NCBI GenBank assembly: GCA_014905635.1
Contig: CM026547.1
Span: 992,001 to 1,056,000, forward strand
Direction: 5' to 3'
Length of the DNA stretch: 64,000 bases
DNA from: Scenedesmus sp. PABB004
Lineage: Eukaryota
A program made the translations under genes and the position numbers. The notes below the pieces were generated by a model. It made no database searches. It was not told the DNA's origin and saw nothing but the letters and a program-made list of their open reading frames with translations. Numbering within the stretch: the stretch's first letter is position 1; each line of letters begins with the position of its first letter. This document shows positions 49,555 to 60,555 of the stretch, piece by piece.

Positions 49555-50306
49555 ATGGCGACCAAGGCGGCGGCGGCGGGGGCGGAGCCGGGCGGCGGCA
49601 CGTTTGCGGCGCTGAACGTGCTTGGCACGCCGCTGAAGTGCTGCTGCACCAGGTGGGCGCCCCGCGCAGCCGCGCGTGCGCCGCGCTGCGGCCGCCGCTG
49701 ACCGCTGACCGCCGCCCGTGCGCCGCCGGCGCGTGCCCTCCTCCGCAGCCCTCTGACCGGCTACTACCGTGACGGCTTTTGCAGGACGGGCGGCGGCGAC
49801 GTCGGCGTGCACGTCGTCTGCGCGGAGGTGACGGGCTGCGGGCCTGGGCGGTCCGGCCGGCGCCGCCGGTGGCGTCCAAGGGCCGCGCGGCGCGCCGTGC
49901 CCCGTGTCGCACCCGGCGCACGCCGCACGCCCGCGCAGGTGACGGAGGAGTTTCTTGCTTACACGGCCGCGCGCGGCAACGACCTCAGCACGCCCGCGCC
50001 GCAGTACGGCTTCCCCGGCTTGAAGCCTGGCGACCGGTGGTGGGCGCGGGGCCGCCGGCCGCCGGCGCGCGCGGCGCGGCCGCCGCCGTCTCCTCCCCCT
50101 CCTCCCTCCTGCTCATCACGCTGCCGCCGCCGCCGCCCCCGCTGCGCTGCAGGTGCCTCTGCGCGAGCAGGTGGAAGGAGGCCGCCGACGCGGGCAAGGC
50201 GCCGCCGGTCGTGCTGTCCGGCTGCCACGTGCGCGCGCTGGACTACGTCGACCTGGCGCTGCTGCAGGCGCACGCCGTCGACGAGGCCGCCGCGAGCGAA
50301 GAATAG
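49555..50306 (+). CDS. DUF2237 family protein; multi-exon, possible upstream in-frame start at 49348
   Basis: NVLGTPLKCC...PLTGYYRDGFC...HVVCAE/VTEEFL...GNDLSTP...FPGLKPGDR/WCLCASRWKEA. Confidence 0.9.
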
Positions 50307-50645
50307 CGCGGCGGTGGTTTTGCTGCTGGGTCGCGGGTCCGGCCGCGGCTCCCCTGACACGCACAGCCCAGGGTCAACCGGCCGCGGTTCTGGGCTGCCC
50401 GTCGGCGGCGCGCACTGCCTTTGCATTCGTTCGATCCCTTGAAGCGCGAGACTCCGAGTGTGACACGGAAAGGCGGTGCCTGTGTGCTCGCGCCGCGCAC
50501 GGCCGAGCAGCGCCGCCGACGCCGGGCCGCCGCCTCTCCAGCAGCGGCGCGTCAGCCGCGTGCGCATCTCAGCTGTCATAAAGATACAACGGGCGACCGC
50601 GCGCGAGCCCAGGGGCGTGTCTGCCGCGACCGGCGGCGGCAGCGG

Positions 50646-51527
50646 ATGGCGGCGGAGCCTCCGCCAGCCCCGGTGTCACAACAACACGTGGAGGGCTGGG
50701 TCTGTGACGATGTGCGCATCACCACCACGAAGGAGCTCACCACGACGGGCGGCACCGTCTGGTCGGCCGCCTGGCGCGCCGCTGCGTTCCTGGCGGCCGA
50801 GCAGGCGGCGCTCCTGCCGCCGGGCGTGCGCGTGCTTGAGTTGGGCTCAGGGTGCGGCCTGCTGGGCCTGCTCGTCGCCCGCAACGTGCGCGCGGCGCAC
50901 GTCTGCCTGACCGAGCAGCCGGGCGCGGCGCTGGAGCACCTCGCGCGCAACGTGGCGGCCAACGCGCACCTCCCCGGCATGGCTGCCGTGACGTGCTGCG
51001 CGTGCGACTGGGAGGCGGCGGCGGCGGCGCTCGGCGGCCGCGGCGGCGCCGCGCCCGGCCCCGCGGACGGCGCGGCCCGCCCGGCGCCGGCCGAGCCCGG
51101 CAGCAGCACCTGCAGCGCGCTGTCGGTGCTGGACACGCGGTGGGACATAATCCTTGGCAGCGATTTAGTCTACAATGACGCCGGTGTGCGTGCGCTGCCG
51201 CGCCTGCTCGCGGCGCTCATGCCGCCGCGCCGCTGCGCGTGCGGGCGGCAGCTCCGAGCAGCGGCCGCCGCCGCGGAGCAGCCTGAACCGCCGGCCTTTT
51301 ACTACGCGCACACGAAGCACCGCTTCGACGCGATGGACGTGGAGCTGGTGGAGCAGCTGGAGGCGCTGGGCCTGGCGGTGGCGGAGGTCGTCGAGGCGGG
51401 CGCGGAGCTGCCGCCGCCGTCGCCGCCGCCGCTGAGCAGCCTGTTCCCCGACCTGCGCTGCGTGGTCTGGCGCATCTGGCGGCCGAGCTGCGGCTGCGGC
51501 GCCGGCGACGCCGGCAGCGGCAGCTGA
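50646..51527 (+). CDS. SAM-dependent protein-lysine methyltransferase (METTL21/Methyltransf_16-like); apparently intronless
   Basis: TGGTVWSAA, VLELGSGCGLLG, CDW, WDIILGSDLVY. Confidence 0.9.
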   Translation: MAAEPPPAPVSQQHVEGWVCDDVRITTTKELTTTGGTVWSAAWRAAAFLAAEQAALLPPGVRVLELGSGCGLLGLLVARNVRAAHVCLTEQPGAALEHLARNVAANAHLPGMAAVTCCACDWEAAAAALGGRGGAAPGPADGAARPAPAEPGSSTCSALSVLDTRWDIILGSDLVYNDAGVRALPRLLAALMPPRRCACGRQLRAAAAAAEQPEPPAFYYAHTKHRFDAMDVELVEQLEALGLAVAEVVEAGAELPPPSPPPLSSLFPDLRCVVWRIWRPSCGCGAGDAGSGS

Positions 51528-51726
51528 GCGCACAGCGCGGGCTGCCCGGACCGCAGCGCGCCTCGCACGGCGCTCTGAGGTTACGGCGCCTGCGACCGCA
51601 CATCCTGCGCCCCCGGCACCGCCGCCGGCTCGCTGCTGACGTTCTCTGCCGCGCTTCGCCGCGCTTTGTCGCGCTCGCGCTCGCGCCGTGCCTGCCGCCG
51701 CCGGCCTTGGCCGCCGCGCCTGGCGA
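51520..51726 (-). repeat. Diverged direct copy of the NOP2 C-terminal codons and 3'UTR (partner ~52630-52860)
   Basis: gctgagcg..cagcgcggg..gcccggaccgcagcgcg...gctctgaggttac..gcgcctgcgaccgcacatcctgcgcccc...gccggccttggccgccgcgcc present in both. Confidence 0.9.
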
Positions 51727-51731
51727 TGCGC

Positions 51732-52604
51732 CAGGGCTGGGCGACGGTGCCGGCGCCGGCGACGGGCTGCTTGGGCAGGCGCCGGCGTAGCAGGCCCCGG
51801 TGGTCGTCGACCCGTTGACCGCCGTGCACGCTGCCCCGCCGTTCTGGGGCAGCTGGGCGATGGTGTACGTGCCATTACGCGTGCCGTTGCCGCAGGCGGC
51901 GCTGCAGGCGCTCCACGTCCACGTTGCGTTGCAGTCTGTCGGTGGGAGGAACCAGGTTGACCTGGTCGTGCACATGGCCGCGACCGACTGCCCGTTCTCG
52001 CAGTTTGGCACTGCGGGCGCGGCGCGGCGCGCGTTGGCATGGCAGGACAGGTCAGGCAGCGCGGCCCACAGCCGGCGCGGCGGCGGGCGCGCGCGCGCGC
52101 GGTGCTCACCGCATGACTGTTTTTGACGATACGCCATGACGCTGACGAACGTGCGGCAGCTGGTGGCGTTGCCGTACGCGCAGAGCGCCTCGACCGAAGC
52201 GCAGGGCGCGCGCAGCGTGACGCAGAGCGTCGCGTTGGCCGCGTTGTCGTAGCCGACGGGCGTGTCAAGCGTCAGGTTGAGCTTGCCCGTAGTCTGGGCG
52301 GTGGTGAACACGGCGTTGGCGGCCGACACGGGCACGGCGGTGCCGTTGGCGAGCCGCAGCGACGCCGTCGCGACCGAGCCGCTGCAGTTCTTGCCTGCGC
52401 AGCGGCAGCGCGCGCGCGCGCGCGTGGGCCCCGGCGGGCCGCCCCGCGGCTGCGCCGCCCCCTGCGCGCCCCGCGCGGACCGGCCGCGGACGTCCCCTGC
52501 CGGTCACGTGCGCGCACCGACTTCAAAGCCCATTGCCTGCACGTTGACGAAGCTGGCTGACGCGTCCGTTTTGCCCGAGAGCGGCGCGGCGATCTCGCCG
52601 AGCG
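51732..52604 (-). pseudogene. Partial duplicate (pherophorin C-part + TSP1, with introns) of 46443-47323; lacks its own start and signal peptide
   Basis: ~870 bp near-identical to 46443-47323, including both introns. Confidence 0.88.
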
Positions 52605-52778
52605 CTCGGCGCATGACTGCTTCTGGCGGCGGCTGAGCGCGCAGCGCGGGTGGCCCGGACCGCAGCGCGCCCCGTGCGGCGCTCTGAGGTTACAGCGCCT
52701 GCGACCGCACATCCTGCGCCCCGGCACCGCCGCCGCGCCGCGGCAGCTGCAGCCGACGACCATGCCCCCGCCGCCGGC

Positions 52779-55700
52779 TCACTGCTGCCGTTTGCTGCCG
52801 CGCTTCGCCGCGCCCGCGCCCTGCCTGCCGCCGCCGGCCTTGGCCGCCGCGCCCGGCGACGGCTTGGGCGTCGCGCCGCCGCCGCCGCCGCCGGCCCTGC
52901 CCTTCTGCTGCGCCGGCGTCTTGGGCGCGCGGCCGGCGCCGCCGCCGTTGGCCTGCTGCGCCTCCGCCGCCGCCGCCGCCGGCGCCGGCTGCGCCTGCTG
53001 CTTCTGCTTCAGCGCCTTCTTGATGGACGACAGGCTGTTGGGCGTCGGCGGCTGCCGCGGCGGCGGCGGCGACGCGCCGGCCGCCTGCTCCGCCGCGGCC
53101 GCGGCCGCCGCCGCGGCGCGCGCGGCCGCGCGCTTGCCCTTCCTGCTCGCCGCGGCGGCCTCGTCGGCGATGCGCTGCATCTCCGCCTGGAACCACGCGG
53201 GCGGGCCCTCCGCCTCCACCTCCGCGGCCGCCTCGTCCGACGCGTCGTCGTCGTCGTCGTCCTCCTCCTCCTCGCCCTCCCCCTCGCTGCCGCTGCCGCT
53301 GGCCGCGGCGCCGCCGCCCTCCTCCTCCTCCTCGCCGCTGCTGCTGCCGGGCGCCTCGCCCTCGTCGCCCTCGTCGTCCTCGTCGTCGTCGCTGCCGTCG
53401 CGGCCGGCCTCGTCCTCGCTGTCCGAGCCGTCCATGCCGCGCTCGTGCCCGCCGCCCGCCGCCGCCTTCTTGGCCGCCGCCGCCGCGGCGCCGCCGCCGG
53501 GCGCGCTGGTGGCGTTGGAGAGCTTCTTGAGCTTGCACACGAAGAAGCCTGAGGGAGCGAGGGAGGCGGCGCGCCGCGCGGGGATTCAGGGCGCGGGCAG
53601 CGGGGTCAAGCGGCCCACACGCGCGGCGTCTCGCGCGGCTCGCCCGGGCGAGCGCCGGGGCGTGCCCCGCGCTGCGGCGCCCCAGGGCGGGGCGGGGCGC
53701 GCCGCGGCGGCGGCGCGGCGGCGGCGGCGCGGCGGCAGTGTCGCACCGTCGAGGTTGTGGGCGTGGGGGTAGAAGCGGCGCGCGTGGGCGAGGCTGGGGT
53801 GGAACCTGAACTCCCGGTACCGCACCAGACCGGGGCGCCCAAACTCGAGGCCTGCGCGGCGCGCGCGCGGGCGGCGGGCACGCGGGCGGTGGCGCCCCGC
53901 GCCGCCCTGCGCGCCGCGCGCCTTGGCCCCCGCGCCGCCCAAGCCGCGCCGCCGCGCCGCCCCGCGCGCCCCGCCCCGCGCGCGCCGCCCCGCGCGCGCC
54001 GCTCTCTGCCCGCCGCGCCGCCGCCGCCGCCCAGCCCCCGCGGCGCACCTGTGGGCACGACCTTTGCGTGGCGCTTGCGCAGCACGTAGTTGATCACGTT
54101 CTCGTTCTCCTCCACCAGCATGCTGCAGGTCGAGTAGACCACGTAGCCCCCGGTGCCGCTGTGCGCGTCGACCATGTCCAGCGCCGCGAGCAGCAGCTGC
54201 TTCTGCAGGTGCGCGCAGCGCCAGATGTCGGCCGCGCTCTTGCTCGTCTGCGGCGGCGGCGGCGCGGCGGCGCGGCGGCGGCGCGGCGGCGCGGCGGCGG
54301 CGCGGCGGCGCGGCCGTGAGGCGCAGGCGCGCGCGCGCGCCGAGGCTGCCTCGCGCGCGCCGAGGCTGCCGCATGCGCCGGACACGCGCCGTAGTGGCGC
54401 CGCCGCAGCAGGCCCGCGCGCGCGCGGTGTCACGGCGTCACGGTGTCACGCACGCACCTTGACGCTCGGGTCCTTGCTCACGACGCCGCTGCCGCTGCAG
54501 GGCGCGTCGAGCAGCACGCGGTCGGCCGCGTTGCGCCCGACCACGCCCGGCAGCGCGCGGCCGTCGTAGTTGCACAGCACCGCGTTGGTCACGCCCAGGC
54601 GGGAGAGGTTGGCGGCGATGGACTTGAGCCGCGCCGGGTTGAGCTCGTTGGCAAAGATCGTCCCTGGTGCACGCGGGGGATGCGGCGGGCGCGGGACGGG
54701 CGCGGGACGGGCGCGGGACGGGCGCGCGTGGGCGCGCGGCGTCCGGGCCGCCGGCGGCGCGGCGCGCGGGCCCGGCGCGCGCGAGTGAGCGAACGAGAGA
54801 GCCCTCCCCGCGCCGCGCGGCCCGCCGAGGCCCCGCCAGGGTTTAGGGTTGGCCCGCACCGCTGTTCTTCATGAGCGCCGCGACGTAGCTCGTCTTGCCG
54901 CCCGGCGCGGCGGCGACGTCGACGACGACCTCGCCCGCCTGGGGCGCGAGGGCCATGACGGGCATGAAGCTGCTCGCGCCCTGTGTAGGGGGGGGGGGGG
55001 GGTGCATGAGTGTGGCAGGGGGGGAGGTGGAGGGGCGTGGGGTGTGGAGGGGAGTGTGGAGGCGTGTGTGTGTGGGTGTGGCGTGTGTGGAGCGCAGCGT
55101 GTGGGGAGGGTGTGTCAGGGGGTGAAGAGGGGCGCGCGAGCGGGGCGTGTGGGCGGCGCGCCGCGTGCGCGGGGCGCCGCTCCCGCCCCGCCGGGCCGCG
55201 CCTGCAGCATGTAGTGCCCCGCCATGTACTCGGGCGTCGCGCCGATGGGGACCTTGGAGTCGTAGACCACCAGCCCGACCTTGGACCAGGGGCCGATGGG
55301 GTCGAGGTTGACGCCGCGCGCGATGAGCGCGGCCGCGAGCTCGCGGCGCCGCGCCTTGAGGCTGTTCACGCGCAGCGTGACCTGCGTGTGCGCGCGCGGC
55401 GGCGGCGGCCCTCGGCGCCCGCGCGCCGCGCGGCGCGCCGCGCGGCGCGCCGCGCCGGCGCGCCGCGCCGGCGGCCCCCCTGCCTCCCTCCACCCCCCTC
55501 CCTAGCGCGCGCGTGCACGCGCGCGCGGCGCGCACCGGGCGCGGCGTCTCGCAGGCCTCGCAGAGCTCGAGCACCTCTCCCGGCGGGAAGAGGCTGGTGA
55601 GCTGGTCGAGCATGTAGGCGTTGTAGCCGTAGTACGTGCCCAGGTCGGCCTTGAGCTGCGCACGGGGAGTTTGATGTGCGGCATGTGGGCGGCGCGCGGC

Positions 55701-57200
55701 GACAGGGAGAGCGTGAGCGGCGCGCGGCGCGCGGGCCGCGGCCGGCGCGCGGCGGAGCGCCCTTGCGCGGCGGAGCGCCTGCGCGCGGCGCCGCGCCGCG
55801 GCGCGCCTGGTCGGTGTAGTCGCTGCGGCTGCGCCCGGGCGTGCGGCGGGCCCGGAAGTCCTCCAGCACGCCCACGACGTGCTTCAGCCGCCGCTTCACC
55901 AGCCCCAGGTCCACGACGCCGTCCGGGCCGAGCGCGCTCGCGCCGAGCGCGACACCGCCGCCGAGCGCGCCGGCGCCGAGCGCACCGTCGTCGTCGTCGT
56001 CGTCCGAGGGCGGGCCGCCGCCCGCGCCGCGGATGTTGGTCGCCATCGCGCGCGTCTCCGCGTCCGCGTCGGCCTGCTGCTTGCGGCTGCGCGCGCGGGC
56101 GCGCGCGCGGGCGCGGGCGTCGGGGGCTGCTGGGTGCGGCGGGGGCCCGCACGGGCGCGCGCCGCCGCGCGGCGGGGCGCCGCCCCGGCCGCTGCGCCCC
56201 TCCTCCACGCCGCGCCGGCCCGCGCCGCGCCGCTCCGGCCGCTGCGCCCCTCCTCCGCGCCGCGCCGGCCCGCGCCGCGCCGCTCCGGCCGCTGCGCCCC
56301 TCCTCCGCGCCGCGCCGCGCCGCGCGCGCCGGGCCGCCACGCACCGCGCCTTGTCGAGCAGCTTGCTGTGGCGCTCGATCGCGAGCTGCTCGTCCGAGTC
56401 GCCGCTCATGCCGCCGTCGCTGCTGCCGCCCTCCTCCTCCTCGCCCTCCTCGCCCTCCTCGCCCTCGTCGGAGCCGCCGCCGCTGCTGCCGCTGGCGCCG
56501 GCGCCAAACTCGTCGTCGCTGCCGATGCCCAGGTCCGAGTCGCCGCCGCCGTCGCTGTCCTCAAACAGCTGCGCGGCGGCGGCGCCGCGCTTGCCTGCGG
56601 GGCGGGGGCGGGCGGGCGGGCGGGGGGCGTTCGGCGGCGCCCAGCTGGCGGGCGGGCCGCCGCGCGCTGCGGCGGCGCACGCCGGCGCGGCGAGGTCCAC
56701 CCCGGCGCCCCGCCACGCACCGGCCGCCTTCTTGCTGGGCGGCCGCTGCGCCGGCTCCTCGTCGCTGCCGTCGTCGTCCTCCGCCTCCTCCTCACCCGCC
56801 TCGCTGTCGTCCTCCTCGCTGCCCTCGCCCTCCTCGTCCGAGCTGCCGGCCATGGCCTGGTCGGCGGCGGCGCCGGCGCGGCCGCGCGCCGGCGCGGCAC
56901 GCTCGTCGCCGGAGCTGCTCGGCAGCGCGTCGTCGTCGTCGTCGTCGCCGTCCTCCTGCTCGCCCTCCTCCGAGTCGCTGAGCTGCCGGTGCGCCTGGCG
57001 CTTTGACGGCTTGAGCCACGCCGCGTTGTGGTCGGAGAAGCCGGCGGGGCGGCCGCGCTTGCCGCCGGGCGCCGCGCCGTTGGCGGCCGCCGCGGCCTTG
57101 GCCTGCGCGCGGCGCGGCGGCGCCGCGGCGCGGTGAGCTCCTCCGGCCGCAGGGGGCGCGCGCACCGGGGCGCCGGCCCGCCCCAGCGCGGCGCGGCGCG

Positions 57201-57231
<31 letters not shown>

Positions 57232-57636
57232 GCGGCGGCCGCGCGCGAGCGCCAGCCGCCGGCGGCCGGGGCGCGCGGCTGCGGCCGCCGCGACTGCCGG
57301 CTGCGCGCCCCGGGCATCGGGGGCCCGGACGCCCCGCTCCGCGACGCACCTGCTTGGCTGGCGGGCTGCTGGCGGGGCGCTTGGCCGCTCTGCTGCCGCC
57401 AGCAGCAGGCCGCCTGCGCGGGCGCCGGCGGGAGGCAGCGGCGTGTCGTGAGGATGCGCCACGTCGCGCATGCAGCGCTGGCCGGCCCGCGCCCGGCGCG
57501 GCGCCGCGCTGGCGCCGCCCGGGCGCGCCGTCGGTCGGCATCGCCTGCTGCTGCGCGGCCGGCCGCCCCCCGGCCGCAACGCCCGCACTCACGGCTTGCC
57601 CAGGCCACCGCCGCCGGCCCCACGGCCCTTGGCCAT
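52779..57636 (-). CDS. NOP2: NOP2/NSUN1 25S rRNA cytosine-C5 methyltransferase; multi-exon
   Basis: MAKGRG start; [86 protein letters not shown]; acidic/basic tail. Confidence 0.95.
56185..56320. repeat. ~50-bp tandem repeat (about 2.5 copies) in a NOP2 intron
   Basis: ccggccgctgcgcccctcctccgcgccgcgcc... repeated. Confidence 0.75.
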
Positions 57637-58965
57637 CGCTCCGCTTCGCTGCGCTGCGCGTGCGGGCGCCTGGCTGCTCGCTCGGCGTGCAGACCCACGC
57701 GGGCGAGGCGCGACCGGCGCGTCTGGTGGCGGGGGATGCCGTGGCGATCGCGATGCCGTGGCGATCGCGCGCTCCAGAGTGGGGCGTGTGCGTGCCGCGC
57801 CGCGGGTCGCGGCGGCCGGCCGGGGCGCAGCGGCGCGCGGCGGCTCAGTCTTGCGCTGGCGGCGCCTGGCCTGCCAGCAGCGCTAGCTGGCTGCGGGGGC
57901 GCCAGGTGCGCCAGGTGCGCACGGCCGCCGCCGCCGGTCGGCGCTGAAGCCCAGCTGCAGCGCGCGCACCACGAGAGCGCGCCGCGTTGTCGCGGGGCTG
58001 CGGCGGCCATGCAGCTGCCGGAGCTCGCCGCCGCACAGCCCTCCCGCCGATGCGGCGCCCCACGGCGCGCGCGGCGGCTTGCGAGTGTGAGGTCAAACAG
58101 CCCGCGCCGCCCGCCCCGAACACGTCGCCGACCGGTCAGCAGCTGCGTTGCGGCGCACCGGCGGTGATCGCTGGCTGGTGGCCGCCGAGCGCGCGCGGTG
58201 GGTGCTGCGGGCAGGCGTGGCGAGCAGACAGCAGGGGCAGCGCGCTGCCGCACAGCGGCCCCAAGCAGCGCGCTCCGGCAACAGCTGGCTCCCTGCGCCC
58301 ACACACTAATCGTTACGCGCGACATCCTCGCTCCCGGACCCCCTGGCACGGCCTCGGACGCGCGGGAGCGCCGGCGCTGTGCGGATCCTTGTGCCCTGCC
58401 GCCCCCTGCCGCCCGTCAAGGCCGCCGGCGCGCCCGGGTGCCGCACCGTAATAAGCCATGGGTCAGTAGCGGGTTGCAGGCCTTCCGCCGGGCTGGTGGC
58501 CCACACTCGTCGTGCGCGGAGCGGGGAGGCGCTGAGCGGGCGGCGACGCGCGGTGCTCAGCAGCACGAAGCCAGCACGGTGAGCGCGCGCGTGCGGGGGC
58601 GCGCAGGCGAGCAATCCGGAGGCCAGCAGTTGCCCCCGCGCCTGGGGGCGCCCTGCGCGCGCCAGGCCGCGCCAGCAGCGGCGTGCCGGCCCGGGCCGCG
58701 GCGCGCCAGCCGCCGGGCGGCCGCGGACGCGCCTCTGCCAGCGGGAGGGGCTTGGGCTGCGGGATGCGGGGCCCCCGCGCTCCGGCGGGCCCGCTCCGCC
58801 CCGCCCGGGCCGTCCCTCGGCTGGACAGCGGGGCGGCGCACGCCCTCGGCGCGCGCGGCGGGGGCCAGGGGCCCTGGCCACGCCGGGGGGCTGGCCCTCT
58901 CATCTGGGCCTCTGCTGCCCGCCCCCAGGTCGTGAGCGCCGTGCCTTTGCCGCCGTCCGAGCGCC

Positions 58966-60514
58966 ATGTTTGTAACGCAGCAGCAGCCCGCTGCCGCGTT
59001 CAGCGCGCTGCAGGCCAAGGAGGCCGGCGCGCAGGTGCGGGCGCGGCGCCAGCGAGGCCAGCGCGCGCGGCGGCGGAGCGTTCCGGGCCCGTGGCGGGCC
59101 GGCGCCGCGCGCGCGCCGCGGCGCGCGGGGCCGGCCGCCCGGCGCGCGGCAGCGTGCGCCCCGCGCCCGCGGCACGGCGCCCTGCCGCGCGGCGGGCCCG
59201 CCGCAGCAGCGGCGCTCACCGGGCGCGCCGCCCGCTGCCGCAGGCCCCGGACGTCCTGCAGTTCTCCACGACCGACACCTTTACCACCACCCATGGTTTC
59301 GTCATTTCGGCGGCCCCCGCGGGCGGCGGCGGCCCGTGCAGCGGCACGGGCGCCAGCGACGGGGGCAGCGCCAGCAGCAGCAGCAGAAGCAGCACCCCAC
59401 CGGCAGCTGAGCCATCCGACAGCACTCCAGTGGGGTGGAGCGGCCTGCTCGAGATCAGCAGGCGCGCGGCGCGCGGCGCCCGGCGGCGCGCGGCGCCCGG
59501 CGGCGCGCGGCGCGCGGCACGCGGCGGCGGCGCGCGGCAGCGGCGGCGGCGCGCGGCAGCGGCGGCAGCGCTCCCCTCCCCTTGCCCCCCCCCCCCCCCC
59601 TCACACACACTCCAACGCCCACTCACGCCGCCGTCGCTGCCGCCGCCGCGCAGGGCCTCGGGCGGCCGCGGCGTCGTGGGCAGCGCCGCGAGCGGCGACC
59701 TCGAGGCGGAGGGCGAGGGGCACATCGAGGTCGCGTGCACCGCGCACACCAACACGGGCGTGCGGCGGCTGGTCAAGGCCGTGATCCGCGGCCTCAAGGT
59801 GCGACCGCGCGGCCGACGGCGTCTCGCCGGGCCCGCCCGCCCGCCGGCGCGCGGGGGCGGCGGCAGCCGCCGGCGCTGGCGGCCGCCGCTCCGCCGCACG
59901 CGGGCCCCGACCGCGCCGCCGCAACGTCGCCGCCGCCGACCGCGCCGCCGCCGACCGCGCCGCCGCGCTGCGCAGGCGCGGCAGGAGCCCGAGGCCGCGC
60001 GCGAGGGCATGGGCGGGACGTACTTTTTCCCGAATGATGCGGGCCGCAAGTGCGCGATCTTCAAGCCCTGCGACGAGGAGCCGCTCGCGCCCGCCAACCC
60101 CAAGGGCTACGTCGGCCGCACGCTCGGCGACCCCGGGTGGAAGTCGACCGTGCGCGTCGGCGAGGCCGCGATGCGCGAGGTCGCGGCGTACCTGCTGGAC
60201 CACGACCACTTTGCGCAGGCGCGCGCGGCGGCCGCGGCGGCGCACGGTGGCGCGCGGCGGCGGCGGCGGCGCACGGTGGCGCGCGGCGGCAGCGGCGGCA
60301 GCGGCGCGCGTGTGCTGCGCGCCACGGCGCCCACGCCCGGCCGCCGCCGCCCGCGCCGCGCCGCGCGCAGGTGCCGCACACCGTGCTCGTGCGCGCGGCG
60401 CACCCGCTGTTCAACTACAACTACCACACCCCCGGCGGCGGCGGCATGCGCAACAGCGGCAGCTGCGCGAGCATGGCGTCGTCGGCGCTGCTCGACGACG
60501 CGGCGCCCGGCTGG

Positions 60515-60555
<41 letters not shown>

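Noticed and set aside
54985..55135. G/T-rich tract with poly-G in a NOP2 intron (also poly-C at ~59585)
   Set aside because: Simple low-complexity intron sequence; no evidence of function beyond generic G-quadruplex potential
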